64,000 nucleotides of DNA from Balanoglossus misakiensis (taxonomy: Eukaryota > Animalia > Hemichordata), in the NCBI GenBank assembly GCA_040954595.2, contig CM082579.2:13641834-13705833 (forward strand). The letters run 5' to 3'. The notes under the pieces were generated by a model, which saw only the letters and a list, made by a program, of their open reading frames with translations, ran no database searches and was not told the DNA's origin. The number at the start of each line of letters is the position of its first letter. Position 1 is the first letter of the stretch. Shown here piece by piece: positions 48,654-61,379 of this stretch. The position numbers were made by a program, and so were the translations under genes.

Positions 48654-48995
48654 AGGGACAAAGTCTCTCTCTCTCGCTGCCCTTTTCCCATTAATATTAT
48701 GTTTCATTCAAGACACTGTTTATGTTAATGTACATGTGGATATATACTGAATGAACATTCAACCACACACACCTTCCATCCCGCTTGTAGACACAAGAGT
48801 GAAAAACCTTGCCAAAATGAACAATCGGTCTCTACCATTTATTCATTTTGGGCGAGTTTTTACTCTCATATACAAGCATGGTGGAACTTGTGTGTGGTTG
48901 AACGTTCATTCACTACATATACACATGTACATTAACATAAATGGTGTTTTGTATCAAACACAAAAAGAAAAAGGGCAGCGAGTGAGAGACCTTTT
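48654..48995 (+). mobile_element. Kolobok/T2-like MITE
   Basis: TTAA-AGGGACAAAGTCTCTCTC start and a degraded right end gggcagcgagtgagagac. Confidence 0.75.
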
Positions 48996-51900
48996 TAGAA
49001 AGCCATAAAACATGTGGGATATCCGAGAATAGTTCTATTATTTGTAAAAATGGAGGTTGCTCGTCACAAAAAATAACAGAACCTGCTTGACAAAAAAGTT
49101 CCATGAAAAAGACAGGGCATGTATAGATGTAATTTTTGATGCTTTGATACTATATTTTAGATTAGTTTTTCCTGTCCCAAAACACCATGCAATCTGTTGT
49201 ATTATGTCTGCATATAATCAACAGTAATTGTTATTGAAAAGAAATAAAAGTGTGAGTTAAAATATTTGGGACTAAATTGCACTGCAGATACCTTGAAATC
49301 ATCCTGGGTATCAGAGTTAAAAACTCTATTGCTTCCTCATGTCTCTGCCACAATGCACCTTCTCCTGGCAGCAAGAAATCTGCAATCCTTTCATAGTGGC
49401 TTTGCAGTAGTGTTGGTCGTCGCAGTATTTCGTCCTCAGGGATTACTGTATTCTGACGTTTTGGGAGCTGCTTTCCAATTTTGCTAATTTCAGATTCTAT
49501 AATTTGTGATGGATCTCTTTCTTTTGTCATCTCTTCTTCTGCACCTAGACGTATCATGGCATTACCTATGATACCACCTGGACGCTTGGAGGAAGTTGTT
49601 TTCGTCACTCTCCGTATTCGATTGAAAACTCGCTCCTGGTTTTCAGCATTTGTTGACCTCAGAGAAACCAATCTCAGTTGATCAGGTAGATGGACGGTGA
49701 TGTTATGGAAATACCGCCCGAACATCTTTCGTTTGGTAAGTTTCTTTGGCTTCTCAAATACCCTTTTGCACAATATTCCATGCAAAAATACAGTGTTATA
49801 CAATCGCAGAATCAGTCGTGGGCATCTGTCATTGTCATGTTTATAAGCAGTTTCGCTTATTTCAGCAAGCGTGTCAATAAGCTGACCATGCTCAGTATTT
49901 ATGTTGTTCTCGTGAAGATACTGGGACACCAGAAGGATAGCTTTGCGTGCATCGCATCCCCGAATTTCGTCTTTACCACCATATGTTGCCTGAATAAAGT
50001 TCTGTAACTTTACTGCTTCTTCTTTATCCTTGGTTTGTGCTGGAATTTCTTCTAACACATTGTGGATGTGTCCCTTCAGGTCACGGAGTGGCTCTGATGG
50101 CAAAATTTCATATGCAGAGCAGTTTATTTCAGCAAGATTATATTCTGGAGTGAGATGGAGCAGTGCTGGTACTCTCTGCATACCATGTAAAATTTCAGAG
50201 AGTTTAGATTGTAAGTCTGGCTTCTTTAATCCTTCAGTTTCTTCACCCCTAGCATCAAGCTCTCTCCTAAGGTCGGCCACTGTTAAGTTGGCAAATGGAT
50301 GGGGAGTTTGCCGTGACTTTTCTCTCCATATTGGGCTGCCCTTGATTAACAAGTTACGTTTCTCATCTATTGACAGATATTTCAGATGGTAACATGCAGA
50401 CAGATCATCATGTCTTCTTGACTCTATTCCACAGATGCACTGGTAGTGACCTCCTTTCTGGTGCTAATCCTCAAACTCCTGTGCCGGTCCATCGCCATGA
50501 AAAAATCGGTGGACATCTGTGTATTCCCTGGAACCTTCGTCGGATGTTATTGGTCCTGTTGCACATTTTAGATCTTCTACTCTGGTTTCAACATATGACA
50601 GCTGATCAACGTCATTGGAGTTGGATCGTCCCATTATATATAGATGTGGCTTCTCAACAAGCGAGTCAACGTTTACTTTTTTCCGTGTTTCTCCAAGTAC
50701 TCCTCATTTGTCAGATATGTTGCCGCATCGTATATCCAGCTCACCATGAAGACAATGTGGGAATGGTTGCCTACAGTACTGTGGTCATGCCATATTTTGA
50801 AGTGCCGTGAGTGATGTAGTCTTTTTAATTTACTGCGCATTTCATCGATGGTTTCTCCTTCTTTCAACTCGTGTATTCTTTGTAGCTCATCCCTTATTTC
50901 TTTTTCTTCTAGGTTTTGGTAATGACCGTCGTCATACCCATACACATGGCTTCTCAGAACACCAAGCTTAATTTGTCTGTCAAGCTCTCGTTTTCGGATT
51001 GTCTGTAAGTTCATTGTTCTAGCGTAGATTGTATAAGTTTCTTCTTTTAATTTGCCATCTTTTCCAATGGTCATCTTTTGGAACTCTTTTGGTGCTATTA
51101 ATTCACCGATGTCGATTTCGCCACTTCTTATTTTTGTTTTCAATATTTCTTGCAGGGCTCTTGCTGGTCGGTGTTGAGGAAGTGACACCTCCCCCAAGAC
51201 CTTTCAATGTTTTACGGTGTACTCTTCTGACAAAATCTCGACCTTGAACCTTCTTATTGATATTGAACTTGTCAGTGTCGATGCCAGCTGAGGTTGCGTA
51301 CTCTTTCAGTATTTGGCCACCATTTGCAGCTGTTAGCCCGTACTTTCTCGCAAGGCTACTCCAGTTGACCTTGCCAGCATCATAATTGGAAAGTTCACTT
51401 ACAAATGAGCTTTTGTCCCATTCAACAGACTCTGTTTTTACAACATGGTCTTTTGGTGTCAGCTTGTTGAGGGATTCTAGTTGTAGACGGCGATTTACTC
51501 GCTTCTTGGCAGAATCGGTAGACTCAAAGTCAACAGACCGTCAACATGATTCGTAGCAAGCAAATGACTGACCGGATCCTAGGATTGTTTTTAAATCTCC
51601 GTCATTTTTAGCGTGGGATTTTTCGATGCTTTGCTTGACATTAGTATAAAGTGCTCGTCTGTCTTTCTTTTTCTGTTCTTTGCTGATTTTTGTCTGTAGC
51701 TTGAACCCCGGAACTTTGAGAAGCGCTTCACTGAAAGGTGTTGAGTACACTTTATTGTATGACTCCTCTACTCGCTGATATAGCTGTCCGGCAGTTCTTA
51801 CGGCAGATTTAAGAGGGACAGTCAGCTTTGTCTCATGTGGATTTTGTAGTTGTTGCATCTCTCCCATTGCATCTTCAATTACCCCAACAGTCGAGAAGGG

Positions 51901-53282
51901 AAGACTTTTGATATGTTTCTGATAGTACTTGTTCAAAAGCAGAACATCAACATTGCTACTTTGGCACTCTTGACAGTCAAGTGCTGTGTGTAGGATTTGC
52001 CTTGATAAAGGCAGTTTTTGCCAACTAGTTGCAGAAAAATGCTGTAGAAATACTGACATTTTTCCTGGAATTCAACCATTGAACTGAAGCACTTAGTGTT
52101 TTCTCAAATCGTGGCAGTTTAAATTTAAACTGGTAACTTGCATATTTCTGCTGTTAGACATGATATCCTGATATTTGGCATACCTTTGTCCAATGGATAT
52201 GTTGTAAACAGGCATAAATCTTGATGTATTTTCAGCCTTTTCCTGAGTAGACTTTTCGGAATTAGAAAGCTCTTTTGTTGCTCTTGCAGCTATGGCCATA
52301 AAATAACCACAGAATGCCATGATGACATGCCAACTGAACAAGTGCATACCTCCAAATAACAGCTGAAGGGATCATCTGCTGCAATTTGAATATGGCGCCA
52401 ATTTTACATGAACAAAGGAAAAGTTGAACTTTGACCTTTCAAGACGCACTATTTTGATGGGGTAAAATGAAAACCATGTACTCACCAGATTGAAGTTGAA
52501 ATAAAGGTTTATTTCCCTCATATAATGTTGTCATGGCTTGTTAAATAAGTGAATGAGTGACAGTAATTACTACTTGTGGCTAAAAATCATCCCAAACTGA
52601 TTGGGAATTATGTATGTTCACGATTGTCTGAACTGTAGCGACACTAAAATGATCTTGAACGCGGGCGGGCGCTAATGGTAGCGTCCATGTCAGTTGCTAG
52701 GATACGCGTATACGATCAGCTGATTTTACCCACAATGCATCACGCCAACTAAGGCATTACGTAATGGCACCCCTGGACGAGCGTCCCAGGGTAAGGATAA
52801 TTTACGAGGCGGAAAATACGAAAAATCCACCGCTAAACAGCTTTATTTTCTGACACCTCTGGTCGTAATCGAAGGTTAACATGTTCGCCCATTTCAAGAT
52901 TACGATACTGTGTTTGAAAACGAAGTACATATAAAACCACTGCATCAGGTGAATCTCAATTTTTAAGAGCGATACTTCAAACATGCAGCACTGTTTACAA
53001 ATCGGGGTCAAAGGTTATACAAGAATAACCATGTACAGTTGGTATTTTTCGGATGTACCTCTGGCCATGGCCTTGGTCTATAAATTGTTCTTGACAACAT
53101 ATATTTTTAAAGATTTTGGTTTACTGAATTACATCTATAGCTTATAGTGATGGCTGTTTACCTAATAATTATTTTAACAACGCCAACTTAGCTGGCGCTG
53201 GATCGAGGGTACAGGACTATCCTAGGTCAAGGGTCAATCGTGAATGTTTTGGTCGCGAATCAGCTGATCTTTTACAACAGCG

Positions 53283-54293
53283 TGTTACGCCCCTTTTTTA
53301 AATTTCTCATGAGTGGAGACGTCAGTGAAAGAACATATTTCGGATAATGGAGCATTCTTGGCAGTGTTTTCAAAGGGTTTCGCAACCTTTCTACATGGGA
53401 CGCGGCGGCGCTTGGCAGAACTTTGCGAGGTGGTCGTCATCACAGGTCGCACCGTAGTTGAGAGAGAGAGCCATGACACTGACAGAGCCGGGTGAGTGAT
53501 TGAGATCCTGGATCAGTTGCCGTCACTCAGATCACTAGACATTCTCTCTCATTAGGGTGTAGCTACGGTGTTGCCACGGGACCTACGACGTTTTATCGTG
53601 ACGTCGGTGTTGCCCCGACCGGCCAGGGAAGTATATCAGATATGATGAGTCCGGTGATGACTTGGCTTTACGGCAGTCGCTGTGCCTGTAGATAAAGGAA
53701 AGGAACAGTACAACGCGCCGCCAGTGTGATTAGCATCGCTTGGAGCAAGACTAGATGACAGACATCGCCAGGGTCGTTGGCAAGACCTTGGCGGGCAGAG
53801 ATGTGTGACACAGGTCCTCCTACAGGTAAGCCAGTCTTAATTCTTTTACATGCTTTTCAGAGTCAGCTTTTTGAGATGGTGAGATCTCTGTCGTGTGGTC
53901 TCTCTGTGTGACCTTTAGCTCTGCATACAGCCGGGAACACACAGACCTGTACGCAGAGCTATGTGACCTTCTGAGTCATATAATAATGTCACATTTAGTA
54001 CTACTATGGAAACACAGCTAGGGGGAGGGTGGAGGGGGGGGGGTTCTATGCTGGTTTCCCCCATCATAGACCCACCCGTGACCCCCACCACAAAAATCTG
54101 TAGTGAAACAACAGCCAAACCAGTGCACTATATCACAGTCCCTCTATTACATACTGTGACTGTATAAGCTAAAAAATAAGACATTCACTTTTTGAAATAA
54201 ACATTTCTCTGTTAATTATCTCTGAAAGCTTGATATAGGAGAACATTTCGGTTACTTCAATGTCACCATTGTTTTCACTACTATCACGTAACA
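53283..54293 (+). mobile_element. Solo LTR (~1011 bp)
   Basis: TGTTACG...CGTAACA inverted termini. 4-bp TSD AGCG/AGCA (consistent with CpG decay). AATAAA at ~54196. Confidence 0.75.
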
Positions 54294-54995
54294 AGCAATT
54301 TAAATTACCTTCGCAAAAACAGTATGCTCTATGTTTTTTTGTTAACGCTTTGAGATGTCTGGCTCAAATCTGCGTGAATGCAAGCTGTCATAACTTTTGT
54401 ACAAAGTAGTGTCTCATTTTTTTTAAAGCAACTAGCTTGATTTTTAAAATGAAAAAAACTTCTGATATACTAGGAATAGTAGGATTTATTCACTACTCCA
54501 GAAGTTTTCTGAATTACAATGCACTTAACGGGACATTAGCTGTAACTTTTGGCTTTAATTGATGTACATATATTTTTGTTCTGAGTATCAATGGGAATTT
54601 CTTGTTCTACTCCAAACAGCATGCTAATATACCCATTTATACTTCACTTGTCAACATAGCCCGTGAATGTGTAATGTTATCATTCACATTTTTTTACTAC
54701 TGTTACGTAAATATGCAACATGTCTAAAAAATATGTTTTTATAGAATATATTTATTTATTTAGAGTAAAATGTTTTTGGTGACATTTAAATATTTAGTGG
54801 ATGGTATTTTATACATCAATTGTGGGTTTCAACATATTGTTGGGAGTAGCACAAGAATCTTAAGTGGCCACATAGAATTAATTTTCAACCTTCAGTAAAA
54901 CCTGTCAAAACCAAACCCTGTCTAATCTGGAAACCTGTCTATACTGAACACCTTTTCAGTACCTTCGACATAGAATCACATGTTAAAAGAACCTT
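54280..54995 (+). repeat. Donor of a ~715-bp direct duplication (copy at 56996-57710)
   Basis: Near-identical sequence from actatcacgtaaca to aaagaacctt. Confidence 0.95.
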
Positions 54996-55069
54996 TACAA
55001 ACTGGAAATGTCTGTAAACTGAACAATTTCTTCAGTGCCTTCAGTGTTCGGTTCAGACAGGTTTTACTG
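54893..55069. mobile_element. Tc1/pogo-type MITE
   Basis: TIRs cagtaaaacctgtc...gacaggttttactg followed by TA. A partial copy lies at ~40655-40735. Confidence 0.65.
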
Positions 55070-55074
55070 TATTT

Positions 55075-56120
55075 AATTTCTCACACTGCTGGCCGCTGGG
55101 AGTGTGGGATAGGATATCCCCGACGAGTGTGAGAAATACGATCTCAGGTCCTTGGTAGACTGTCGACAGTCCCTCGCGCCTAATGTGTATCGATACGGCG
55201 TTTCGTGCGAGGGCCGAAGGCCCGATTCGGCGTTTCGTGGTGCGAGGGCCGTGAGGCCCGAGGGACTGTTATAGCTTGTAAGCCTTGCCTTGATATTAAT
55301 TATGCATGCAGAAAATGACTTAGTAAAATTTGCATAAGGGGGCGTAAATCAGCGGCGAAACTATCGAAACAACTAAAACTATCGATGACGGTTCCTCGGT
55401 AAATTCGCCGATTCTGTCCAAGAGAAAAGGTGCGATTTCATAAGCCAAATTTCCCACTGCCTGTTGGCGACGCAACAAAAACATCTTTGCCGTTGGTCAA
55501 TGAGTTTATGACGTATATTAACTGTCAATCATTTTACAGGGGCATTTTCCCACAGTGCCCGTGTGAGGGCGAAACAAGGTATAACAGTCCCTCGGGCCAC
55601 GCCCTCGGGCCTTACGGCCATCGCACCACGAAACGCCGAATCGGGCCTTAGGCCCACAAAAGATACGGGCCTTACGGCCCTCGCACGAAACGCCGAATCG
55701 ATACACATTAGGCGCGAGGGACTGTTGACAGTCTAGTCCTTGGGAGTGTGAGATTCTATTATTCTCACACTCTCACTGAATCGAAAGCTGTATATGACGC
55801 GAGCGCTGATTGGTTGACAAAGAGTTCTTTCTCTTCGCGCACTAAATGTTATCCAATGGCGTGATGTGTATTACAGGCACAGAACTATAACGTGCCCCCA
55901 GACGACAGTTCCAGAGTCATTTATTCAATGTTTTAACGAATTTGGCTAATTTGTGACCGTGTGAGAAAAATAATCTCACACACCAAGGACCTGGGATCGT
56001 ATTTCTCACACTCGTCAGGGATATTTTGTCCCACACTCGCCTGCGGCTCGTGTGTGACAGAAAATCCCCAACTCGTGTGAGAAATACGATCCCAAGTCCT
56101 TGGGAGTGTGAGATTCTATT
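55075..56120. mobile_element. Palindromic Crypton-like MITE (host of the Academ-like MITE)
   Basis: Repeated tctcacact / gtgtgaga motifs. Hairpin with apex ctcgcctgcggctcg at ~56035-56050. Confidence 0.55.
55156..55735. mobile_element. Academ-like non-autonomous DNA transposon
   Basis: TAGAC...GTCTA termini, >100-bp imperfect TIRs, 8-bp TSD GTCCTTGG at 55148-55155 and 55736-55743. Confidence 0.75.
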
Positions 56121-56995
56121 AATCCCAAATGTCATAGCAGCTGCCCCTTTAAAACAATTTCTTTAAAAAATGTGTTTCTAATAGATTTGGTCAGGTGGAA
56201 AAGTATGTCACATACTGTTTTCACTGAACACTGATGTGGTTGCAATTTTATTGACACAAATTGAATCACACTATGCATCACATTAGACTTAGGGGTAAAC
56301 CATTTTATATTTAGGAGAGTGCAGTTTAGTTTCTACTCTGCCTATTCTCTGATGTTTTTTCTTTACTATTTGGCAGAGGCAAAATGCAGACTAGTTATGG
56401 AAGTGTTCCTAAGTAACTATGCATAAATTATTTCTATTAATCTAAGCACATTATGTAAAATATAAATCAACCAGGTAGACTCATGTCTCCCCCTACAGTA
56501 ATGGTGACAATTCTTTTTATAGTACCCAACTTACTCAAGTAAACACACTTAGTGTTAGCAAACAGTCCTATAGATATAGCCTGGACCCCTGTCCCATTCC
56601 TGCTGCTGGTAGTGACAGCAGGGTTAGAAAGTGGGCAGAGAACAAGAGTATCTTACAGGCCTCTTTCATGACCCCTGTGTGACCTTACATCCTGGTGATT
56701 TGTTGGTTTGACATCATTCATCATTCAATGTTAAATACAACAGCTAATCTTTCTAACACAGGCAATGTTTAACAGTTTTGTTCAAGGATGAGAAAAAATG
56801 CATTGATTTAATAGCGTGGTTGGTAAACTCGAAATTGTATACTCACACCGACAAAAAGCCAGGATGTAGAGGTCAAAAGGGGTCATAAAAGTGGCATGAT
56901 ATAGCACAGTTGCCAGTGGTGTAATGTTTATATAAACTGTGCAACTTCATTCATATTTCTTAGTGGCAGTAATGTTATTATAAATATAAACTGAC

Positions 56996-57710
56996 ACTAT
57001 CACGTAACAAGCAATTTAAATTACCTTCGCAAAAACAGTATGCTCTATGTTTTTTTGTTAACGCTTTGAGATGTCTGGCTCAAATCTGCGTGAATGCAAG
57101 CTGTCATAACTTTTGTACAAAGTAGTGTCTCATTTTTTTAAAGCAACTAGCTTGATTTTTAAAATGAAAAAAACTTCTGATATACTAGGAATAGTAGGAT
57201 TTATTCACTGCTCCAGAAGTTTTCTGAATTACAATGCACTTAACGGGACATTAGCTGTAACTTTTGGCTTTAATTGATGTACATATATTTTTGTTCTGAG
57301 TATCAATGGGAATTTCTTGTTCTACTCCAAACAGCATGCTAATATACCCATTTATACTTCACTTGTCAACATAGCCCGTGAATGTGTAATGTTATCATTC
57401 ACATTTTTTTACTACTGTTACGTAAATATGCAACATGTCTAAAAAATATGTTTTTATAGAATATATTTATTTATTTAGAGTAAAATGTTTTTGGTGACAT
57501 TTAAATATTTAGTGGATGGTATTTTATACATCAATTGTGGGTTTCAACATATTGTTGGGAGTAGCACAAGAATCTTAAGTGGCCACATAGAATTAATTTT
57601 CAACCTTCAGTAAAACCTGTCAAAACCAAACCCTGTCTAATCTGGAAACCTGTCTATACTGAACACCTTTTCAGTACCTTCGACATAGAATCACATGTTA
57701 AAAGAACCTT
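56996..57710 (+). repeat. Inserted copy of 54280-54995 flanked by a 38-bp direct repeat
   Basis: cttagtggcagtaatgttattataaatataaactgaca at 56959-56996 and 57708-57745. Confidence 0.95.
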
Positions 57711-58080
57711 AGTGGCAGTAATGTTATTATAAATATAAACTGACATCTGAAATCACTTTGCGATGTCGAAATTCAGTGGGAAGAAACAAACGCCAAAAGT
57801 TACCACATTTTATACTGACACTTATTTGTTTTGTACAGTTTACCCTATGGATCCAGCTATCATAGGAATAGGTGCAATAATTGTAGCTTTGGTGGGCTGG
57901 TTGATCGCTTATGGGCTTGATCAATCATCCCATCTAGGCTACAATTATTGCAGATATCATAGGAAGGGCACATTGGGAACCCCCCCCCCCCCCTCACACA
58001 CACACACACACACACACACAATTTGGGCGACAACACAATATATATATATGATGCAGTCTACAAGTTGCACCGAAATATCT

Positions 58081-58990
58081 TTAGGTCCCATTTGTACATA
58101 CTGGTGGTACCTCATGAGATCGGTTGCGTCTGTATGGATGTATGTCCGTTCACATCAAAAACTTGAAAACCGCTGAGCATATAACCTCGATATTTGGTGT
58201 GCAGATGCAGGCAGGGCTGTAGATGGGAGTTTGTTCAAATGAAGTTGTTGGGAAAAACGTAAATTTGGCCAAAACTCAGAAACTCAACAACCACTGGTCA
58301 TATTGATTTGAAAATTGGTATGCATGTACCTTATATTGACCTCACACAGTTGTGTATGTTTTGAACTAATAGTTTGAATTTTCTATAATTTATGTATTTT
58401 TTTGTCTTTTTCCACATTTTTGGTAAAAAATCTACTTTTCTGGAATTGATGACCTGACTTCTTTGAAATTTAGTATGGGGCTTCATATAGGTGATGTGAG
58501 TTATCAAAGTTTTGTTTAAATTTGCTGCAAAATTTGCAAATTTATAATTTTGGTGCAAATTTTGCCTTTTTGATCAATTTTTTTCTGTAAAACCATTTGT
58601 CAGATTGCTTTGAAATTTGGTAGGCATAGAGATGTGTGTTTGTCAAATCAATTTGTAGAATTCAATAGTATATTTTTGGGGTGAATATTGCCATTTTTGG
58701 TCAAAACTCTTTCTCAGAACCCTCTACCCCATTGCTTTGAAATTTGATTTGAAGGTTCCATGGTGAGTTGTCATGATGATTTACAAAACCTATGATGAAA
58801 GTGTCAATGTTTTGTGGGGGCAATGTCTTGTATTTTGGGGGTATATTTACCAATTTTGATAAAAAATTATATTTCTCAGAAAGTGTACACTGTATGGCTG
58901 ATTTCTATAAATTTTAGTTGTAAGTTAATGGGATTGGCTTCTTTAGAATTATTATGAAATCATATCATAGGTAATTTGGAATTTCTACTG
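58081..58990 (-). mobile_element. Helentron/HINE-like non-autonomous element
   Basis: ttaggtcccat start, (TATG/GATG) microsatellite and degenerate internal repeats (gctttgaaattt). Related to 60750-61226. Confidence 0.5.
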
Positions 58991-59868
58991 GGCTTGCGTT
59001 TGATATTTTATTTTTTACGCGCAGTGCACGCAAAGAGCCAATTTTTTTTTCGTGAAATTGTATTTGAAATACGTGCAACAAAATAGCGATAGACAAGCAG
59101 GCTTTCAGATAAACATACTTGAATGAGTTCTCCCTTCATGTCTAGATGGCCCAACACAAAAAATATCATTTAGAATGTAGCGAATAAAGTACATAAACAT
59201 CATGAAAGAGACTGTGTACAGTGGTCCCCCCCCCCCCCCGATACATATTAAGTACAGACAAGGTATGGAATTCTTGTGTTATATCATCAAGGAAAATGAC
59301 CCAGAAGCCCTACTTGCTTTGTTATATCTAATGGCTTCTGTGTGCATAAATTATAGCCCGACACGTGTCAAGTTTGTGGCCTAGGTTACCGCACGTACAT
59401 CATTGTGCGTCCTGCTACAGCATACAAGCGCGCGTACGCGTACATGTGTACAGGGCGCCTGACCGGCCAACCTTGACAAGGCGCTCCAGATAGCCTCGCC
59501 CGCTGTTATCTTTCAATGGATTTTTTGTGTGTGCATGTCACGCAACTGTGACAAAATATTTGCGCGCACACATTGTAGTTTTGTGTTATTTAGTGTTATT
59601 TTAAATGGGTGTCACACCGATTTAATCAGCCTCCATTCAAAGAGTACACAACAGTCGTGTTATGCATTAGCAAAAGATGATAAACTGATGCGGATACAAT
59701 CAATATAGCTTAATGGTGATGATTCTAAAGCAGAAGGCTAATTGTCATTAGTATCATACATGCAGAGCCTGAATTTGCCACTTTCTATTGTTCTCACCAA
59801 ATTTAGTGTAATAACCCATAAGTACCACCCTCTAATTTTAAAGAACACTAATTATGGAAGCCCATTAA

Positions 59869-59953
59869 CCCTTTCACAACCAAGGTTCAGTCAAAACCCA
59901 TTGTTTTCTATGAAAAGGTTTGACCTGTATAGAAGGAACTTGGGGTGAAAGGG
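59869..59953. mobile_element. Tiny piggyBac-like MITE
   Basis: TTAA-CCCTTTCAC...GTGAAAGGG-TTAA. A diverged copy lies at ~62180-62270. Confidence 0.7.
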
Positions 59954-60361
59954 TTAAAGGGACAAAGTCGCTCTTTTTGACTTTTGACTCACTTGCTTTT
60001 ATTAGAGGTTCCTACCTTTAAATGTTTCATAAAATGTTTAATCAAATCTGTCTACAATCAGAGTAGACATTGTTTACATATACCTTTTGTTAAATGATTG
60101 TTGTTGTATTTCAGATTGTTGTCAGGAGCAGGTGAGAAATATGGTATGATTTCTGAAGGTCTGAGTACTGCATTGCAGTTATTTGACGATATGAAGAGTT
60201 TACGATATTCAAGGTAATTATGGTAAAATTCTGAGTTTCAAGATCATTCTCTACATATGGCCCTGACTTTTTTTGGTGGTTTATCTGTTTTTGTAAAGTT
60301 CACCATGTCAACCAGGAAATGATTCCATACAGACAGTGGAGTACAACTGAGATGTGAAGTA

Positions 60362-61376
60362 CATTGAAACCTGCCTAGGAAGGACACCTCTGGGACCACA
60401 AAATGTGTCCTTAATAGAGAGGTGTCCTTAAAGGGACAAATTCTCTCCCTCGCTTCCCCTTTTCCATGAATTAGGTTTGTTACAGGGCACCATTTCTGTT
60501 ATTCTACATGTGGATATGTAGTGAATCAATGTTTCACCACACACAACTTCAACCCTGCTTGTAGCCACCAGAGTGATAAAAAACACACGCCAATAATCGG
60601 TCTCTATCATTTATTCATTTTATGCGAGTTTTTATGCTCATATCATTCAAGTGGTATGGAAATTGTGTATGGTTGAACGTTCATTAACTACATATACTCA
60701 TGTACATTAATATAAAATGTCTCTTGTATCAAACATAATGGAAAAAATCGCGTCAAGGACACAGTGGTCCCATTGAGGGAATACACAAGAAAAAGTCTAC
60801 ACCGGAGTAAATGGCGATATACTGACAGACACACACACTAAATAGAACAGCTGGCCTCTTTAAAACTTAGCCAGTTATGTAATCATTCAGGAATTTCCTG
60901 TGTATATAAACAACTCAATAAAGTAAATACACACCACTTCGCAAAGCAATCTGACCAGTAGTTCTTGAGTTACTGAGTTTTGACTAAGTTCACATTTTTC
61001 CAGCTAATTTGCATATTTTTGGCAACGACAACTTCATTTGAACAAACTCCCATCTACAGCCCAGCCTGCATGTGCACACCAAATATCAAGGTGATACACA
61101 CAGTGGTTTTCAAGTTTTTGATGTGGACGGACATACATCCATACATCCATCCATACATACATACATACAGACGCAACCAATCCCATAAGGTCCCATGGTA
61201 TATAGGCCTATACCAATGGGACCTAAAAAGGGCAGCGAGAGAGAGACTTTGTCCCTTTAACAGAAATGTGCATGTAATATTCTATTCAAACCATTACTCT
61301 TGTCTTGAACAATCTTTCCTTAATAGAGAGGTGTCCTGATTAGAGAGATGTCTGTATTAATTGACAGGTTTCACTG
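60362..61376. mobile_element. Tc1/pogo-type MITE containing nested Kolobok-like and Helentron-like elements
   Basis: TA-cattgaaacctg...caggtttcactg-TA. Inside it is TTAA-AGGGACA...TGTCCCT-TTAA (60432-61256). Inside that is a (CATA/CATC)n element ending in the hairpin aggtcccat...atgggacct (~60750-61226). Confidence 0.75.
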
Positions 61377-61379
61377 TAT

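Larger units (their letters stand above)
46351..52347 (-). pseudogene. RAG1/Transib/Chapaev-like DDE transposase pseudogene with inserted SAP domain
   Basis: Main exon ~52347-49290: KIWHD (D at 50784-86), EKPHLYIMG, RFFHGD (D at 50491-93), GGHYQCIC, SAP, EPLRDLKGH, YFHNITVH, NAENQER. Further exons at ~48507-48250 (GPHLHHFRS), ~47925-47540 (acidic) and ~46770-46351. Several stops and frameshifts. Confidence 0.7.

Noticed and set aside
53275-53284. CAGCGTG as a CAC-type right terminus of the RAG1-like element
   Set aside because: The TG belongs to the solo LTR start and AGCG is its TSD.
57839-57920. Transmembrane exon (MDPAIIGIGAIIVALVGWLIAYG) as part of MED25
   Set aside because: It has an acceptor-like site but no clear donor or recognisable homology, and MED25 has no such segment.
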